From assembly GCA_046498175.1 (NCBI GenBank), contig JAWOBD010000060.1, forward strand, positions 1 through 35,484: a DNA stretch of 35,484 nucleotides. Reading direction: 5' to 3'. The stretch comes from Dehalococcoidales bacterium. GTDB lineage: Bacteria > Chloroflexota > Dehalococcoidia > Dehalococcoidales > UBA5760. Numbering within the stretch: position 1 is the first letter of the stretch; every line of letters starts with the position of its first letter. Under the pieces are notes generated by a model. The model worked only from the letters and a program-made list of their open reading frames with translations, ran no database searches and was not told where the DNA came from. Shown here piece after piece: positions 18,503-26,991 of this stretch. A program made the position numbers and the translations under genes.

Positions 18503-20206
18503 TTATTCCCATTCTATGGTTGAAGGGGGCTTGGAAGTGATATCGTATACTACCCGGTTTACCCCCGCTATCTCGTTGACAATGCGGTTGGATATTCTGG
18601 CCAGCAGTTCATAGGGCAGCCGCGCCCAGTCGGCTGTCATCGCATCATCACTGGTTACGGCTCGCAATGCCACCAGGTATCCGTAGGTGCGGTAATCTCC
18701 CATTACCCCTACACTCTTGACGTCGGTGAGCACGGCGAAGCTCTGCCACAACTGGTGGTACATCTTGGCCTGCTTTATCTCCTCCATAACAATCCAGTCA
18801 GCACTGCGCAGTATCTCCAGCTTCTCCCGGGTAACCTCGCCGATGATGCGTATGGCAAGACCTGGCCCTGGGAAGGGTTGCCGCCATATCATTTCCTCGG
18901 GCAGCCCCAGTTCCAGACCTACCTGCCTCACCTCGTCCTTGAAGAGATAGCGAAGTGGTTCGACCAGGTTAAGCGTCATCCTGGCCGGCAGCCCGCCAAC
19001 GTTATGATGTGTCTTTATCTTGGCAGAGGCCTTGCTTCCTGAGGAGGCGCTCTCTATCACATCCGGATACAGGGTACCCTGGGCCAGGAAGTCCACCGTG
19101 CTGATACGGTTGGCTTCTTCCTCGAACACTTTGATAAATTCTTCGCCGATAAGTTTACGTTTCTGCTCCGGGTCGGTGATGCCCTTCAGTCGTTCGAGAA
19201 ACCTTTCGCTGGCGTCGACATGAATGATGTTCATACCCAGGTTTTGCCTTAGAATCTTCAGGGTTCTTTCCTCTTCTTCGCGGCGAAGGAGGCCGTTGTT
19301 GACGAAGATACAGGTAATCTGGTCGCCGATGGCCCGGTGAATAAGGGTGGCCACGACTGCCGAATCGACGCCTCCGGAAAGGGCATTGATGACCTTGCCA
19401 CCACCCACCTGTTCCCTGATTTTGGTCAGGCTGTCCCTGATAAAATTACCCATGGTCCAGTTCCCCTGGCATCCACATACGCGGTAGGCGAAGTTTTTCA
19501 AGATTGACTTGCCCTGTGGGGTGTGGACTACCTCGGGATGAAACTGGAGACCGAATGTACCCTGGTCATTACCCATTACGGCGAAGGGAGAGCCTTCCGT
19601 GTATGCCAGTGCGCTGAAACCGGGTGGCATTTCGTCAATCTGATCGCCGTGGCTCATCCATACCGGGGTGGGGTTGGGTAAATCGGCAAGAAGGGGTGAA
19701 TCGGCATCGCCCAGGTGAAGGATAGAATGGCCGTATTCATGCCTTTTCGAACGGCTTACCCTGCCACCGAGCTGGAAGGTTATCGCCTGCATCCCGTAGC
19801 ATATACCCAGAATCGGCAGCTTGCTTTCGTAGATATGAGCTGGTGCCAGTGGTGCTCCCGGCATATAAACACTGCCCGGGCCTCCGGAGAGTATAAAACC
19901 CCTTGGATTTAGGGGAACGATTTTTTCCCACGGCGTGTCGTAGGATACCATCTCGCAGTATACCTGGCATTCCCTGATCCGCCTGGCGATGAGCAGGCTG
20001 TACTGCGAGCCGAAGTCGATGACCACTATGGACTCGCGTTTTGCCCCGGAGATAGCCTCTTTTGCCTCTGACGGCTGCTCTCCGCCCAGCTCTTTGGCAA
20101 TCTCCAGATAGGTAGATACCTCGATATCATCGCTGGTTGCGACGCGGTGGCTGTTGGGTGGTTGGTTTGCTTTTTTCTCGGTCATTGCTATACCAAAGAT
20201 TATCAT
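18503..20206 (-). CDS. guaA: GMP synthase (glutamine-hydrolysing)
   Basis: GATase motif GICYGMQ, PP-loop SGGVDSAV, and a C-terminal dimerisation domain ending PPSTIEWE. The conserved core starts near residue 57 ([10 protein letters not shown]), so the start codon (20206, 20185 or further in) is uncertain. Confidence 0.93.
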   Translation of the reverse strand: MIIFGIAMTEKKANQPPNSHRVATSDDIEVSTYLEIAKELGGEQPSEAKEAISGAKRESIVVIDFGSQYSLLIARRIRECQVYCEMVSYDTPWEKIVPLNPRGFILSGGPGSVYMPGAPLAPAHIYESKLPILGICYGMQAITFQLGGRVSRSKRHEYGHSILHLGDADSPLLADLPNPTPVWMSHGDQIDEMPPGFSALAYTEGSPFAVMGNDQGTFGLQFHPEVVHTPQGKSILKNFAYRVCGCQGNWTMGNFIRDSLTKIREQVGGGKVINALSGGVDSAVVATLIHRAIGDQITCIFVNNGLLRREEEERTLKILRQNLGMNIIHVDASERFLERLKGITDPEQKRKLIGEEFIKVFEEEANRISTVDFLAQGTLYPDVIESASSGSKASAKIKTHHNVGGLPARMTLNLVEPLRYLFKDEVRQVGLELGLPEEMIWRQPFPGPGLAIRIIGEVTREKLEILRSADWIVMEEIKQAKMYHQLWQSFAVLTDVKSVGVMGDYRTYGYLVALRAVTSDDAMTADWARLPYELLARISNRIVNEIAGVNRVVYDITSKPPSTIEWE

Positions 20207-20514
20207 TGTGATAAGCAGGGGTCAAGCATTGATAATCTGTCACCATCCCCTCGCACAATCCAATTTCTGGCGAACGTGTGTCTTAGAGTATTTAGAATTC
20301 CCCCGGTATTTTCAATATACTCCATGGGGGTCAGACCACGGAGCGAAGTATAGGTTATGCCCTAATTGTAGTCTATCGTCCACCGGCATGACTGACGTGC
20401 CGGTCGCATTCACCGTTTGCAGAACTACATTGATCGGGGAAATAGCTGGCATGTTTTTTTGAAGTCATTTAGCCAGGCGCTGCTATGGTTTTTCTGCTCT
20501 TATCTTTACGGGTT

Positions 20515-20523
20515 TGGTAGAAT
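20515..20523 (+). promoter_or_regulatory. Candidate extended -10 promoter (TGgTAGAAT) for tsaC-rpiB
   Basis: The element lies 84 nt upstream of the tsaC ATG and downstream of a T7 tract at 20453-20459. Confidence 0.45.
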
Positions 20524-20606
20524 AGATTTTTTTACTCATGGTCATCGTAGGGGGCAGCGTTATGTTATACTGTATGCGGGAGCAGGCTGTATTTTGCGGG
20601 TGAAGG

Positions 20607-21257
20607 ATGCAAAAACTGGCTGGTAATAGTGAGGGTTTAAAAGAGAGGATTGGTGAAGCGGTCAAAATACTGTTAACGGGGGGTATCGTTGCCTTCCCTA
20701 CGGATACCGTTTATGGTCTGGGGGCGTGTTGCTACCTCGAAGGAGCGGTGAAGCGGATATACGCGATAAAGGAGCGTCCATCCGGTATGGCGCTACCTTT
20801 GCTTCTCTCCAGTCCGGGGCAGATCGGCGAGGTGGCTGATTCTGTGCCGGAGGTGGCGCGTCTTCTCATCGAAAATTTTTTACCGGGTGCTTTGACCATT
20901 ATATTGAATAAAAAAAGTACGATTCCAGCATTCGTTACCGGTGGTGGCACTACTGTGGCCGTAAGGGTCCCCCGTCACCCTGTCCCGGTTGCCCTTGCCC
21001 GTGGCGTGGGTGCGCCCATTTCCGGTACCAGTGCCAATATCAGTGGTAGGCCGAGCCTGTTTACCGCGGAAGAGGTGCGAGGTGAGATCGGGGACCGGTT
21101 AGATATGATTATCGATGCTGGACGCTGTCCGGGAGGCAGGGAGTCCACGGTGGTTGACGTTACCGGTAACAGGCCGGCGATTATACGTGAGGGTGCCATC
21201 GATTTTGCTGCACTTAAAGAGGTGTGTGGGGATATTATCTTGGAAAGGGGGGATTGA
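20607..21257 (+). CDS. tsaC: L-threonylcarbamoyladenylate synthase (YrdC/TsaC-type, t6A biosynthesis)
   Basis: 216 aa with the FPTDTVYGLG motif and SANISG. Adjacency to rpiB mirrors the ywlC-ywlF arrangement in Firmicutes. Confidence 0.88.
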   Translation: MQKLAGNSEGLKERIGEAVKILLTGGIVAFPTDTVYGLGACCYLEGAVKRIYAIKERPSGMALPLLLSSPGQIGEVADSVPEVARLLIENFLPGALTIILNKKSTIPAFVTGGGTTVAVRVPRHPVPVALARGVGAPISGTSANISGRPSLFTAEEVRGEIGDRLDMIIDAGRCPGGRESTVVDVTGNRPAIIREGAIDFAALKEVCGDIILERGD

Positions 21258-21260
21258 CCA

Positions 21261-21710
21261 ATGCGTATTGCTATTGGCTGTGACCACAGGGGACTGGATT
21301 TAAAACAATATATCATCACCCTGGTTGCCGATATGGAGCACAGCATTGAGGATTTTGGCTGTTACGGGCCTGAACCGGTAGACTACCCCGATATCGCTAG
21401 TAAGGTGGCCATGGTGGTGGCAAAGGGTGGTTTTGACCATGGTATACTGATATGCAATACCGGTATCGGTATGAGCATTGCTGCCAACAAAGTGAATGGG
21501 ATAAGGGCGGCGCTCTGCTTCGACAGCTCTGACTCCCGCTGTGCCAGGCAGCATAATGATGCCAATATACTCTGTCTTGGTGCTGAGAGGGGAAACGAGC
21601 AGGTCCCCCGAATAATCGAAGCCTATCTTGCCAGTGAGTTCGAAGGGGGCCGGCATCTGAGAAGGGTGGATAAGATTACGGCGATAGAGAGCGGTCTGGG
21701 TACGGGTTAG
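21261..21710 (+). CDS. rpiB: Ribose-5-phosphate isomerase B (RpiB/LacAB family)
   Basis: 149 aa with MRIAIGCDHRG and CNTGIGMSIAANK motifs. Confidence 0.92.
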   Translation: MRIAIGCDHRGLDLKQYIITLVADMEHSIEDFGCYGPEPVDYPDIASKVAMVVAKGGFDHGILICNTGIGMSIAANKVNGIRAALCFDSSDSRCARQHNDANILCLGAERGNEQVPRIIEAYLASEFEGGRHLRRVDKITAIESGLGTG

Positions 21711-21711
21711 C

Positions 21712-21740
21712 TTGACAATAGGTAGGTGCTATGCTATGTT
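21712..21740 (+). promoter_or_regulatory. Candidate sigma70 promoter of the ilv-leu cluster
   Basis: TTGACA (21712-21717), a 17-nt spacer, then TATGTT (21735-21740), immediately after the rpiB stop. Confidence 0.55.
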
Positions 21741-21780
21741 TTGTTCAAAAATGTAACCTTGGGGTTTTGTTTGCAATAAT

Positions 21781-21805
21781 CCGTCCGGATACGGACGGTT
21801 TTTAA
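21781..21805 (+). terminator. Intrinsic terminator hairpin. It is either the rpiB terminator or an ilvD leader attenuator.
   Basis: CCGTCCG (21781-21787), loop GATA, CGGACGG (21792-21798), then TTTTTAATTATTT. It lies downstream of the predicted promoter and 31 nt upstream of the ilvD ATG (RBS AAGGAG at 21819-21824). Confidence 0.7.
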
Positions 21806-21835
21806 TTATTTGTTGCTTAAGGAGATAAACGGTTT

Positions 21836-23503
21836 ATGAAAAGTGATGTGGTTAAAACAGGGGTAGAGCGGGCACCACACCGGTCTCTGTTGTATGCACT
21901 CGGTTGTACTCCTGGCGACATGAAAAGGCCTTTCATTGGAATAATCAATAGCTACAGTGAGATTGTGCCAGGCCATATCAACCTGCGTCAGATTGCGGAG
22001 GCGGTGAAGGAAGGGGTATCTTGCGGAGGAGGCGTTCCTTTTGAGGTTAATACCATTGCAGTATGTGACGGTATTGCTATGAACCATTCGGGCATGAAAT
22101 ATAGCCTGCCCAGCCGTGAGTTGATCGCAGATTCGGTGGAAATAGTGGCTGAGGCTCATGGCTTTGATGCGCTGGTATTTATCACAAATTGCGATAAAAT
22201 AGTCCCCGGTATGCTAATGGCAGCGGTTAGATTGAATCTGCCGGCTATTTTTATCAGTGGTGGCCCCATGCTGGCAGGGCGCCTCTGCAGTAGTGATGGA
22301 GTAAAGCATGTTGACGTTAGCTCTATATTTGAAGCGGTTGGTAGAGTGGCAAAGGGGAAAATGAGTGAAGACGAACTGCATCAGCTGGAGATGGTGGCTT
22401 GCCCCGGTTGCGGCAGCTGTTCAGGCATGTTTACCGCCAACACCATGAACTGTGCTACCGAGGCTATGGGGATGGGACTAACCGGTAACGGTACTATTCC
22501 GGCCGTTGATGCCAGACGGATGCAGCTGGCCAAACGGGCTGGGGAGCGTGTTATGGAGCTACTGGCCGAGAATATTCGGCCACGTGATATCGTTAACATC
22601 GGCTCCATATATAATGCCTTTGCCGTGGATATGGCTCTGGGTGGTAGCACCAATTCGGTATTGCACCTTCTGGCTATAGCCAGTGAGGCTGGAGTTGATT
22701 TCAGTCTCCCGATGATAAATAAGGTTAGCGAGCGAGTTCCACATCTGGTCAAGATGAGGCCGGCCGGTGACTATCACCTGGAGGATCTGGATGCGGCGGG
22801 TGGTATACCGGCAGTGATGAAAGATATCAGGAGCGTGCTTAATCTGGATGCAATCACGGTATCCGGCAAGTCGGTGGCTGAGATAGTTGACCAAAGCCGC
22901 TTCGTGGATAGGACAGTGATTCGCTCAGCAGATAATCCGCATTCGGAGACCGGGGGTATTTGCATACTGTTTGGTAATCTGGCACCTGATGGGGCAGTGG
23001 TAAAAAGGGGAGCCGTATCGCCAGAGATGATGGTTCACCGGGGGCCGGCCCGGGTATTTGATTCTGAAGCGGAAGCTACTGAAGCGATTATGGAAGGCAA
23101 TATTGAAAACGGTGATGTGGTGGTTATTCGTTATGAAGGTCCCAGGGGTGGTCCGGGAATGAGAGAAATGCTGACCCCTACCTCTATCCTTAGTGGTATG
23201 GGAATGGATAAGCAGGTAGCACTGGTAACGGACGGTCGTTTCTCAGGGGCAACCCGTGGTGCTGCCATCGGCCATGTTGCACCGGAGGCAGCCAGCCGGG
23301 GACCTATTGCTGCCCTGGAAGAGGGCGATATTATCAGCATTGATATACCAGGTTACAGGCTTGAAGTGGAGCTTGATGATGGTGAGATATCTCGTCGCTT
23401 GGACAGGCTCGCTGAATTTGAATTCCGGGTAAAGACCGGTTATCTCAGGAGATATGCGGAGAAGGTGACGTCGGCGAACGTCGGAGCGGTGTTCGATCAA
23501 TAG
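21836..23503 (+). CDS. ilvD: Dihydroxy-acid dehydratase
   Basis: 555 aa with [11 protein letters not shown] and the Fe-S ligand motif [17 protein letters not shown]. Confidence 0.95.
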   Translation: MKSDVVKTGVERAPHRSLLYALGCTPGDMKRPFIGIINSYSEIVPGHINLRQIAEAVKEGVSCGGGVPFEVNTIAVCDGIAMNHSGMKYSLPSRELIADSVEIVAEAHGFDALVFITNCDKIVPGMLMAAVRLNLPAIFISGGPMLAGRLCSSDGVKHVDVSSIFEAVGRVAKGKMSEDELHQLEMVACPGCGSCSGMFTANTMNCATEAMGMGLTGNGTIPAVDARRMQLAKRAGERVMELLAENIRPRDIVNIGSIYNAFAVDMALGGSTNSVLHLLAIASEAGVDFSLPMINKVSERVPHLVKMRPAGDYHLEDLDAAGGIPAVMKDIRSVLNLDAITVSGKSVAEIVDQSRFVDRTVIRSADNPHSETGGICILFGNLAPDGAVVKRGAVSPEMMVHRGPARVFDSEAEATEAIMEGNIENGDVVVIRYEGPRGGPGMREMLTPTSILSGMGMDKQVALVTDGRFSGATRGAAIGHVAPEAASRGPIAALEEGDIISIDIPGYRLEVELDDGEISRRLDRLAEFEFRVKTGYLRRYAEKVTSANVGAVFDQ

Positions 23504-23504
23504 T

Positions 23505-25220
23505 ATGGCAGGAGAAATGGTGATGAAGAAAACGGGTGCGCAGATAGTGTGCGAGAGCATGGTAAAGGAAGGGGTTGAGGTACTTTTTGGTTTACCCGGT
23601 GGGGTTCTCATACCGCTTTACGATACTTTTCCGCAGTATCCCCAGCTCCACCATGTTTTGGCGCGCCACGAGCAGGGAGCGGCGCATGCTGCCGACGGTT
23701 ACGCCAGGGCCAGCGGCAGGGTCGGGGTATGTATTGGTACTTCCGGGCCCGGGGCTACCAATCTGGTAACGGGAATAGCCAATGCCAGCATGGACTCGGT
23801 GCCGATGGTGGTAATAACCGGCCAGGTAGCCAGGCCGTTCATCGGCAAGGATGCCTTTCAGGAGGTAGATACTACCGGTATCACACTTCCCATTACAAAG
23901 CATAATTACCTGGTGTTGGAGGTTGGGATGCTGGCGGAGGTGGTTAAGGAGGCTTTTTATCTGGCCCGTACGGGGAGGCCTGGGCCGGTACTGATAGACA
24001 TACCGAAGGACATATTCACGGATGAGGCGGAGTACTGTTATCCGGAGGAGGTAAAGTTACCGGGTTATAAGCCGACGCTGGAGGGGCATCCGGTGCAGGT
24101 GAAGAAAGCGGGGAAGGTGATCAATGAAGCGAAGCGGCCGGTCATAATAGCAGGGAGGGGAGTGGTAATCTCCCGGGCTTATGATGAGCTAAAGGAGCTT
24201 GTGGAGTTAGGGCAGATACCGGTAGTGACGACGCTGCTGGGGACGGGTTGTTTTCCGGAGAGCCATGTACTGAGTCTGGGGATGCTGGGTATGCATGGAA
24301 CGCCTTGTGCCAATATGGCGGTAGACGGTGCGGATGTGATCGTGGCATTGGGGATGAGGTTTGATGACCGGGCGACGGCGAGGGTCAGTGCGTTTGCGCC
24401 GCATGCGAAGGTAGTGCATGTAGACATAGACCCTGCGGAGGTTGGCAAAAACGTACGGGTAGATGTACCGATAGTGGGGGATGTCGGGCGGGTGTTGAAT
24501 GAATTAAACAAGCTTATCAGGGCTACGGAGCATACGGAATGGATGAGGCAGCTTGAGGAGTGGCGCAGGGAGCGGCCTCTGGAGGTGGTAGAAGAAGGGG
24601 AAGGGTTATTGCCGCAGTATGTAATGAGCAAGATATACGAAGTAACCGGAGGGGAAGCGGTGGTAGTGACGGGGGTAGGGCAGCACCAGATGTGGGCGGC
24701 GCAGCACTATTGTTATGACAGGCCGAACAGTTTGATATCGTCCGGGGGCCTGGGGACGATGGGATTTGGTTTACCGGGGTCGATAGGTGCGAAGATAGCC
24801 TGTCCGGACCGGGTGGTATGGTGTATGGATGGAGACGGGAGTTTTCAGATGACGATGCAGGAACTGGGGACGATGGTGCAGGAGGGATTGGCGGTAAAGA
24901 TAGCGATATTCAATAATGGATATCTGGGCATGGTAAGGCAGTGGCAGCAGTTATTTTATGAGAAGAGGTATGTAGCGACGCCGCTATCGGGGCCGGATTT
25001 TGTGAAGTTAGCGGAGGCGTATGGGATACCTGCGGTGAGGGTAAAGAGGAGGGAGGAAGTGGTGCCGGCGGTAGAGCGAGCGATGGAGGAAGAGGGTGCG
25101 TTTCTGATAGATTTTGTGGTAAATCCGGAGGAGAATGTATATCCGATGGTGCCGCCTGGGGCGGCGCTGGCGGAGATAATGGAGAAGCCGAAAGGTATGG
25201 AGGTAGCGGGATGCCGGTAG
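23505..25220 (+). CDS. ilvB: Acetolactate synthase (acetohydroxy-acid synthase) large subunit
   Basis: TPP enzyme with N-terminal GLPGG...HEQGAAHAADGYAR and the TPP motif GDGSFQMT...NNGYLGMV. The likely true start is ATG 23523 (GGAG 8 nt upstream). It is followed by an overlapping small subunit gene. Confidence 0.94.
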   Translation: MAGEMVMKKTGAQIVCESMVKEGVEVLFGLPGGVLIPLYDTFPQYPQLHHVLARHEQGAAHAADGYARASGRVGVCIGTSGPGATNLVTGIANASMDSVPMVVITGQVARPFIGKDAFQEVDTTGITLPITKHNYLVLEVGMLAEVVKEAFYLARTGRPGPVLIDIPKDIFTDEAEYCYPEEVKLPGYKPTLEGHPVQVKKAGKVINEAKRPVIIAGRGVVISRAYDELKELVELGQIPVVTTLLGTGCFPESHVLSLGMLGMHGTPCANMAVDGADVIVALGMRFDDRATARVSAFAPHAKVVHVDIDPAEVGKNVRVDVPIVGDVGRVLNELNKLIRATEHTEWMRQLEEWRRERPLEVVEEGEGLLPQYVMSKIYEVTGGEAVVVTGVGQHQMWAAQHYCYDRPNSLISSGGLGTMGFGLPGSIGAKIACPDRVVWCMDGDGSFQMTMQELGTMVQEGLAVKIAIFNNGYLGMVRQWQQLFYEKRYVATPLSGPDFVKLAEAYGIPAVRVKRREEVVPAVERAMEEEGAFLIDFVVNPEENVYPMVPPGAALAEIMEKPKGMEVAGCR

Positions 25221-25741
25221 CGAAGCACACGCTGGTAGCGCTGGTGGAGGACAAGCCTGGAGTACTTAACCGGATGGTCAGTCTTTTCCGCAGGCGTGGA
25301 TTCAATATCGAGAGCATTGCTGTCGGGAGCAGTGAGATGTTGCATATGTCACGTATGACGATTGTCGTTGCTGGAGAAGCGGGTGTAGTGGAGCAAGTTA
25401 GGAAGCAACTTGATAAGGTTGTTGAGCTTGTGAAGGTCACTGACATCACTAATGAAGATATGGTGGCACGTGAGTTGGCACTGATAAAAGTGAAAGCAAA
25501 TGCCGATACGCGCAGCGAGATTATAGAAATTGTAGATATATTCAGGGCGAAAATTCTGGATGTGGCTGCAGATTCGGTAGTGGTGGAAGTGACTGGAGAC
25601 AAGGATAAGATAAATTCCCTGTACGAACTGCTACGTAACTTTGGAGTCAAGGAAATGAATCGTACGGGCTGTATAGCTACTACAAGGGGGAAGAAAATGG
25701 CCTTGAAGCAGTTAAAGGGTTCACCACTCCGGAAGAAGTAG
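25211..25741 (+). CDS. ilvN: Acetolactate synthase small (regulatory, ACT-domain) subunit
   Basis: 176 aa. HTLVALVEDKPGVLNRMVSLFRRRGFNIESI is the canonical ACT N-terminus. A 10-nt overlap with ilvB. Confidence 0.93.
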   Translation: MPVAKHTLVALVEDKPGVLNRMVSLFRRRGFNIESIAVGSSEMLHMSRMTIVVAGEAGVVEQVRKQLDKVVELVKVTDITNEDMVARELALIKVKANADTRSEIIEIVDIFRAKILDVAADSVVVEVTGDKDKINSLYELLRNFGVKEMNRTGCIATTRGKKMALKQLKGSPLRKK

Positions 25742-25875
25742 CAATTTAAGGCATTTAAATGGCAGTTCCAATTCATCGATGATGTATCCCGCATTAGCTT
25801 GACGGAAATCCATAGTGGCGTTTCTAGAGTAGAAGGAAATAGCAGGGTTCTTCTTGTAACGCATGGGGAAAAGGG

Positions 25876-25943
25876 GATAGACTATAGTGTAAAATAAATT
25901 ATAGCGTTTTTATAGGCCTTGCTTATCTATAGTCATATATAAT
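25876..25943 (+). promoter_or_regulatory. Candidate internal promoter/operator region ahead of ilvC
   Basis: A perfect TATAAT lies at 25938-25943 with no good -35. Four TATAG cores lie at 25883, 25900, 25911 and 25928 (spacing 17/11/17). The outer pair forms the inverted repeat GACTATAG / CTATAGTC. Confidence 0.4.
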
Positions 25944-25968
25944 ATTAAATAGTGGAGGGGGAAATACC

Positions 25969-26964
25969 ATGGCAAAAATATACTACGATAGTGATTGCGA
26001 CCTGAAATTAATTGAAGGCAAGGTAATCGGAATTATTGGTTTTGGCAGTCAGGGACATGCGCATGCCCAGAATCTACGGGATAGCGGTTGTCAGGTGATA
26101 GTGGCCGAAACCGAATCCGCTCCGGGCTGGAAGGAGGCCCAGAAGGCCGGGTTCAAGGTATCGAGTGCACCGGACACGGCACGTGAGGCAGATATTGTTA
26201 TGATGCTGGCTCCCGATACCATACAGCCAGCCATTTACCGGTCGATTGAAAAAGAGCTGGTCCCTGGTAATACCCTTATGTTCGCTCATGGTTTTAATAT
26301 CCATTACGGTCAGATTGTTCCCCCGGAGGGCATAGATGTGACCATGATAGCACCCAAGGGACCTGGTCACCTGGTGAGACAGCTGTATACGGATAAGATA
26401 GGTATACCGGCACTGGTAGCCGTTTACCAGGATGCTTCTGGAAAGGCAAGAGATATGGCCCTTGCCTATGCTAAGGGTCTTGGTGCGTCGAAGGCAGGGG
26501 TTCTTGAGACGACCTTTGCTGAAGAGACGGAAACCGACCTTTTTGGTGAGCAGTCGGTATTGTGTGGTGGAGTTTCAGCACTGATTAAGGCGGGCTTTGA
26601 AACGCTTGTTGAGGCCGGGTATCAACCGGAGATAGCATATTTCGAGGTTTTCCACGAGATGAAACTGATTGTCGACCTGATGTATCAGGGTGGTCTGGAG
26701 TATATGCACTATTCGATCAGTGATACTGCTGAGTATGGTGATTACACACGGGGACCCAGGGTTATTGATGATGCTACCCGTGAAGAGATGGAGCAGATAC
26801 TGGCTGAGATTCAGGATGGTACTTTTGCCAAGGAGTGGATACTGGAAAACCAGGCCGGACGTCCCACCTTTAACGCATTGAGGCGGATGAGCGCTGAACA
26901 CCCCATAGAAGAGGTGGGAGCCGAACTGAGAAAGATGATGCCGTGGCTAAAGCGAACCAAGTAA
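25969..26964 (+). CDS. ilvC: Ketol-acid reductoisomerase (class I)
   Basis: 331 aa with the Rossmann motif [28 protein letters not shown]. Confidence 0.95.
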   Translation: MAKIYYDSDCDLKLIEGKVIGIIGFGSQGHAHAQNLRDSGCQVIVAETESAPGWKEAQKAGFKVSSAPDTAREADIVMMLAPDTIQPAIYRSIEKELVPGNTLMFAHGFNIHYGQIVPPEGIDVTMIAPKGPGHLVRQLYTDKIGIPALVAVYQDASGKARDMALAYAKGLGASKAGVLETTFAEETETDLFGEQSVLCGGVSALIKAGFETLVEAGYQPEIAYFEVFHEMKLIVDLMYQGGLEYMHYSISDTAEYGDYTRGPRVIDDATREEMEQILAEIQDGTFAKEWILENQAGRPTFNALRRMSAEHPIEEVGAELRKMMPWLKRTK

Positions 26965-26991
26965 TATATGAGTAATTAAAGGGGTTATTGG

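Noticed and set aside
20207-20606. A purine, ZTP (pfl), PRPP/ykkC or preQ1 riboswitch upstream of the guaA-pur operon.
   Set aside because: The minus-strand reading lacks a three-way junction with the conserved purine-riboswitch loops. It also lacks the GACUGGCG ... CCGCCUGGGCA pair of ZTP; only a loose CGCCUGGC is present. The region is kept only as an unexplained structured spacer.
21731-21805. A 24-codon upstream ORF (MLCFVQKCNLGVLFAIIRPDTDGF) running through the ilvD leader terminator, considered as a possible Ile/Leu/Val leader peptide.
   Set aside because: Only 7 of 24 codons are Ile/Leu/Val, about the proteome average. There is no run of regulatory codons. Its ATG overlaps the predicted -10 hexamer, so it would not be on the transcript. 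The SD spacing is poor.
24910-25794. A 294-aa minus-strand ORF (Pro/Ser/Thr-rich) antisense to the 3' end of ilvB and all of ilvN, together with the neighbouring antisense ORFs at 24179-24631 and 24142-24419.
   Set aside because: These are shadow ORFs. The sense strand here is purine-rich, especially at codon position 3, so the antisense strand is pyrimidine-rich and nearly free of stop codons. The translation is low-complexity, there is no RBS, and the sense genes carry unambiguous ilvB/ilvN motifs.
25742-25968. A T-box leader between ilvN and ilvC.
   Set aside because: At 227 nt it has no recognisable specifier-loop architecture, no conserved T-box sequence, and no terminator hairpin before ilvC.
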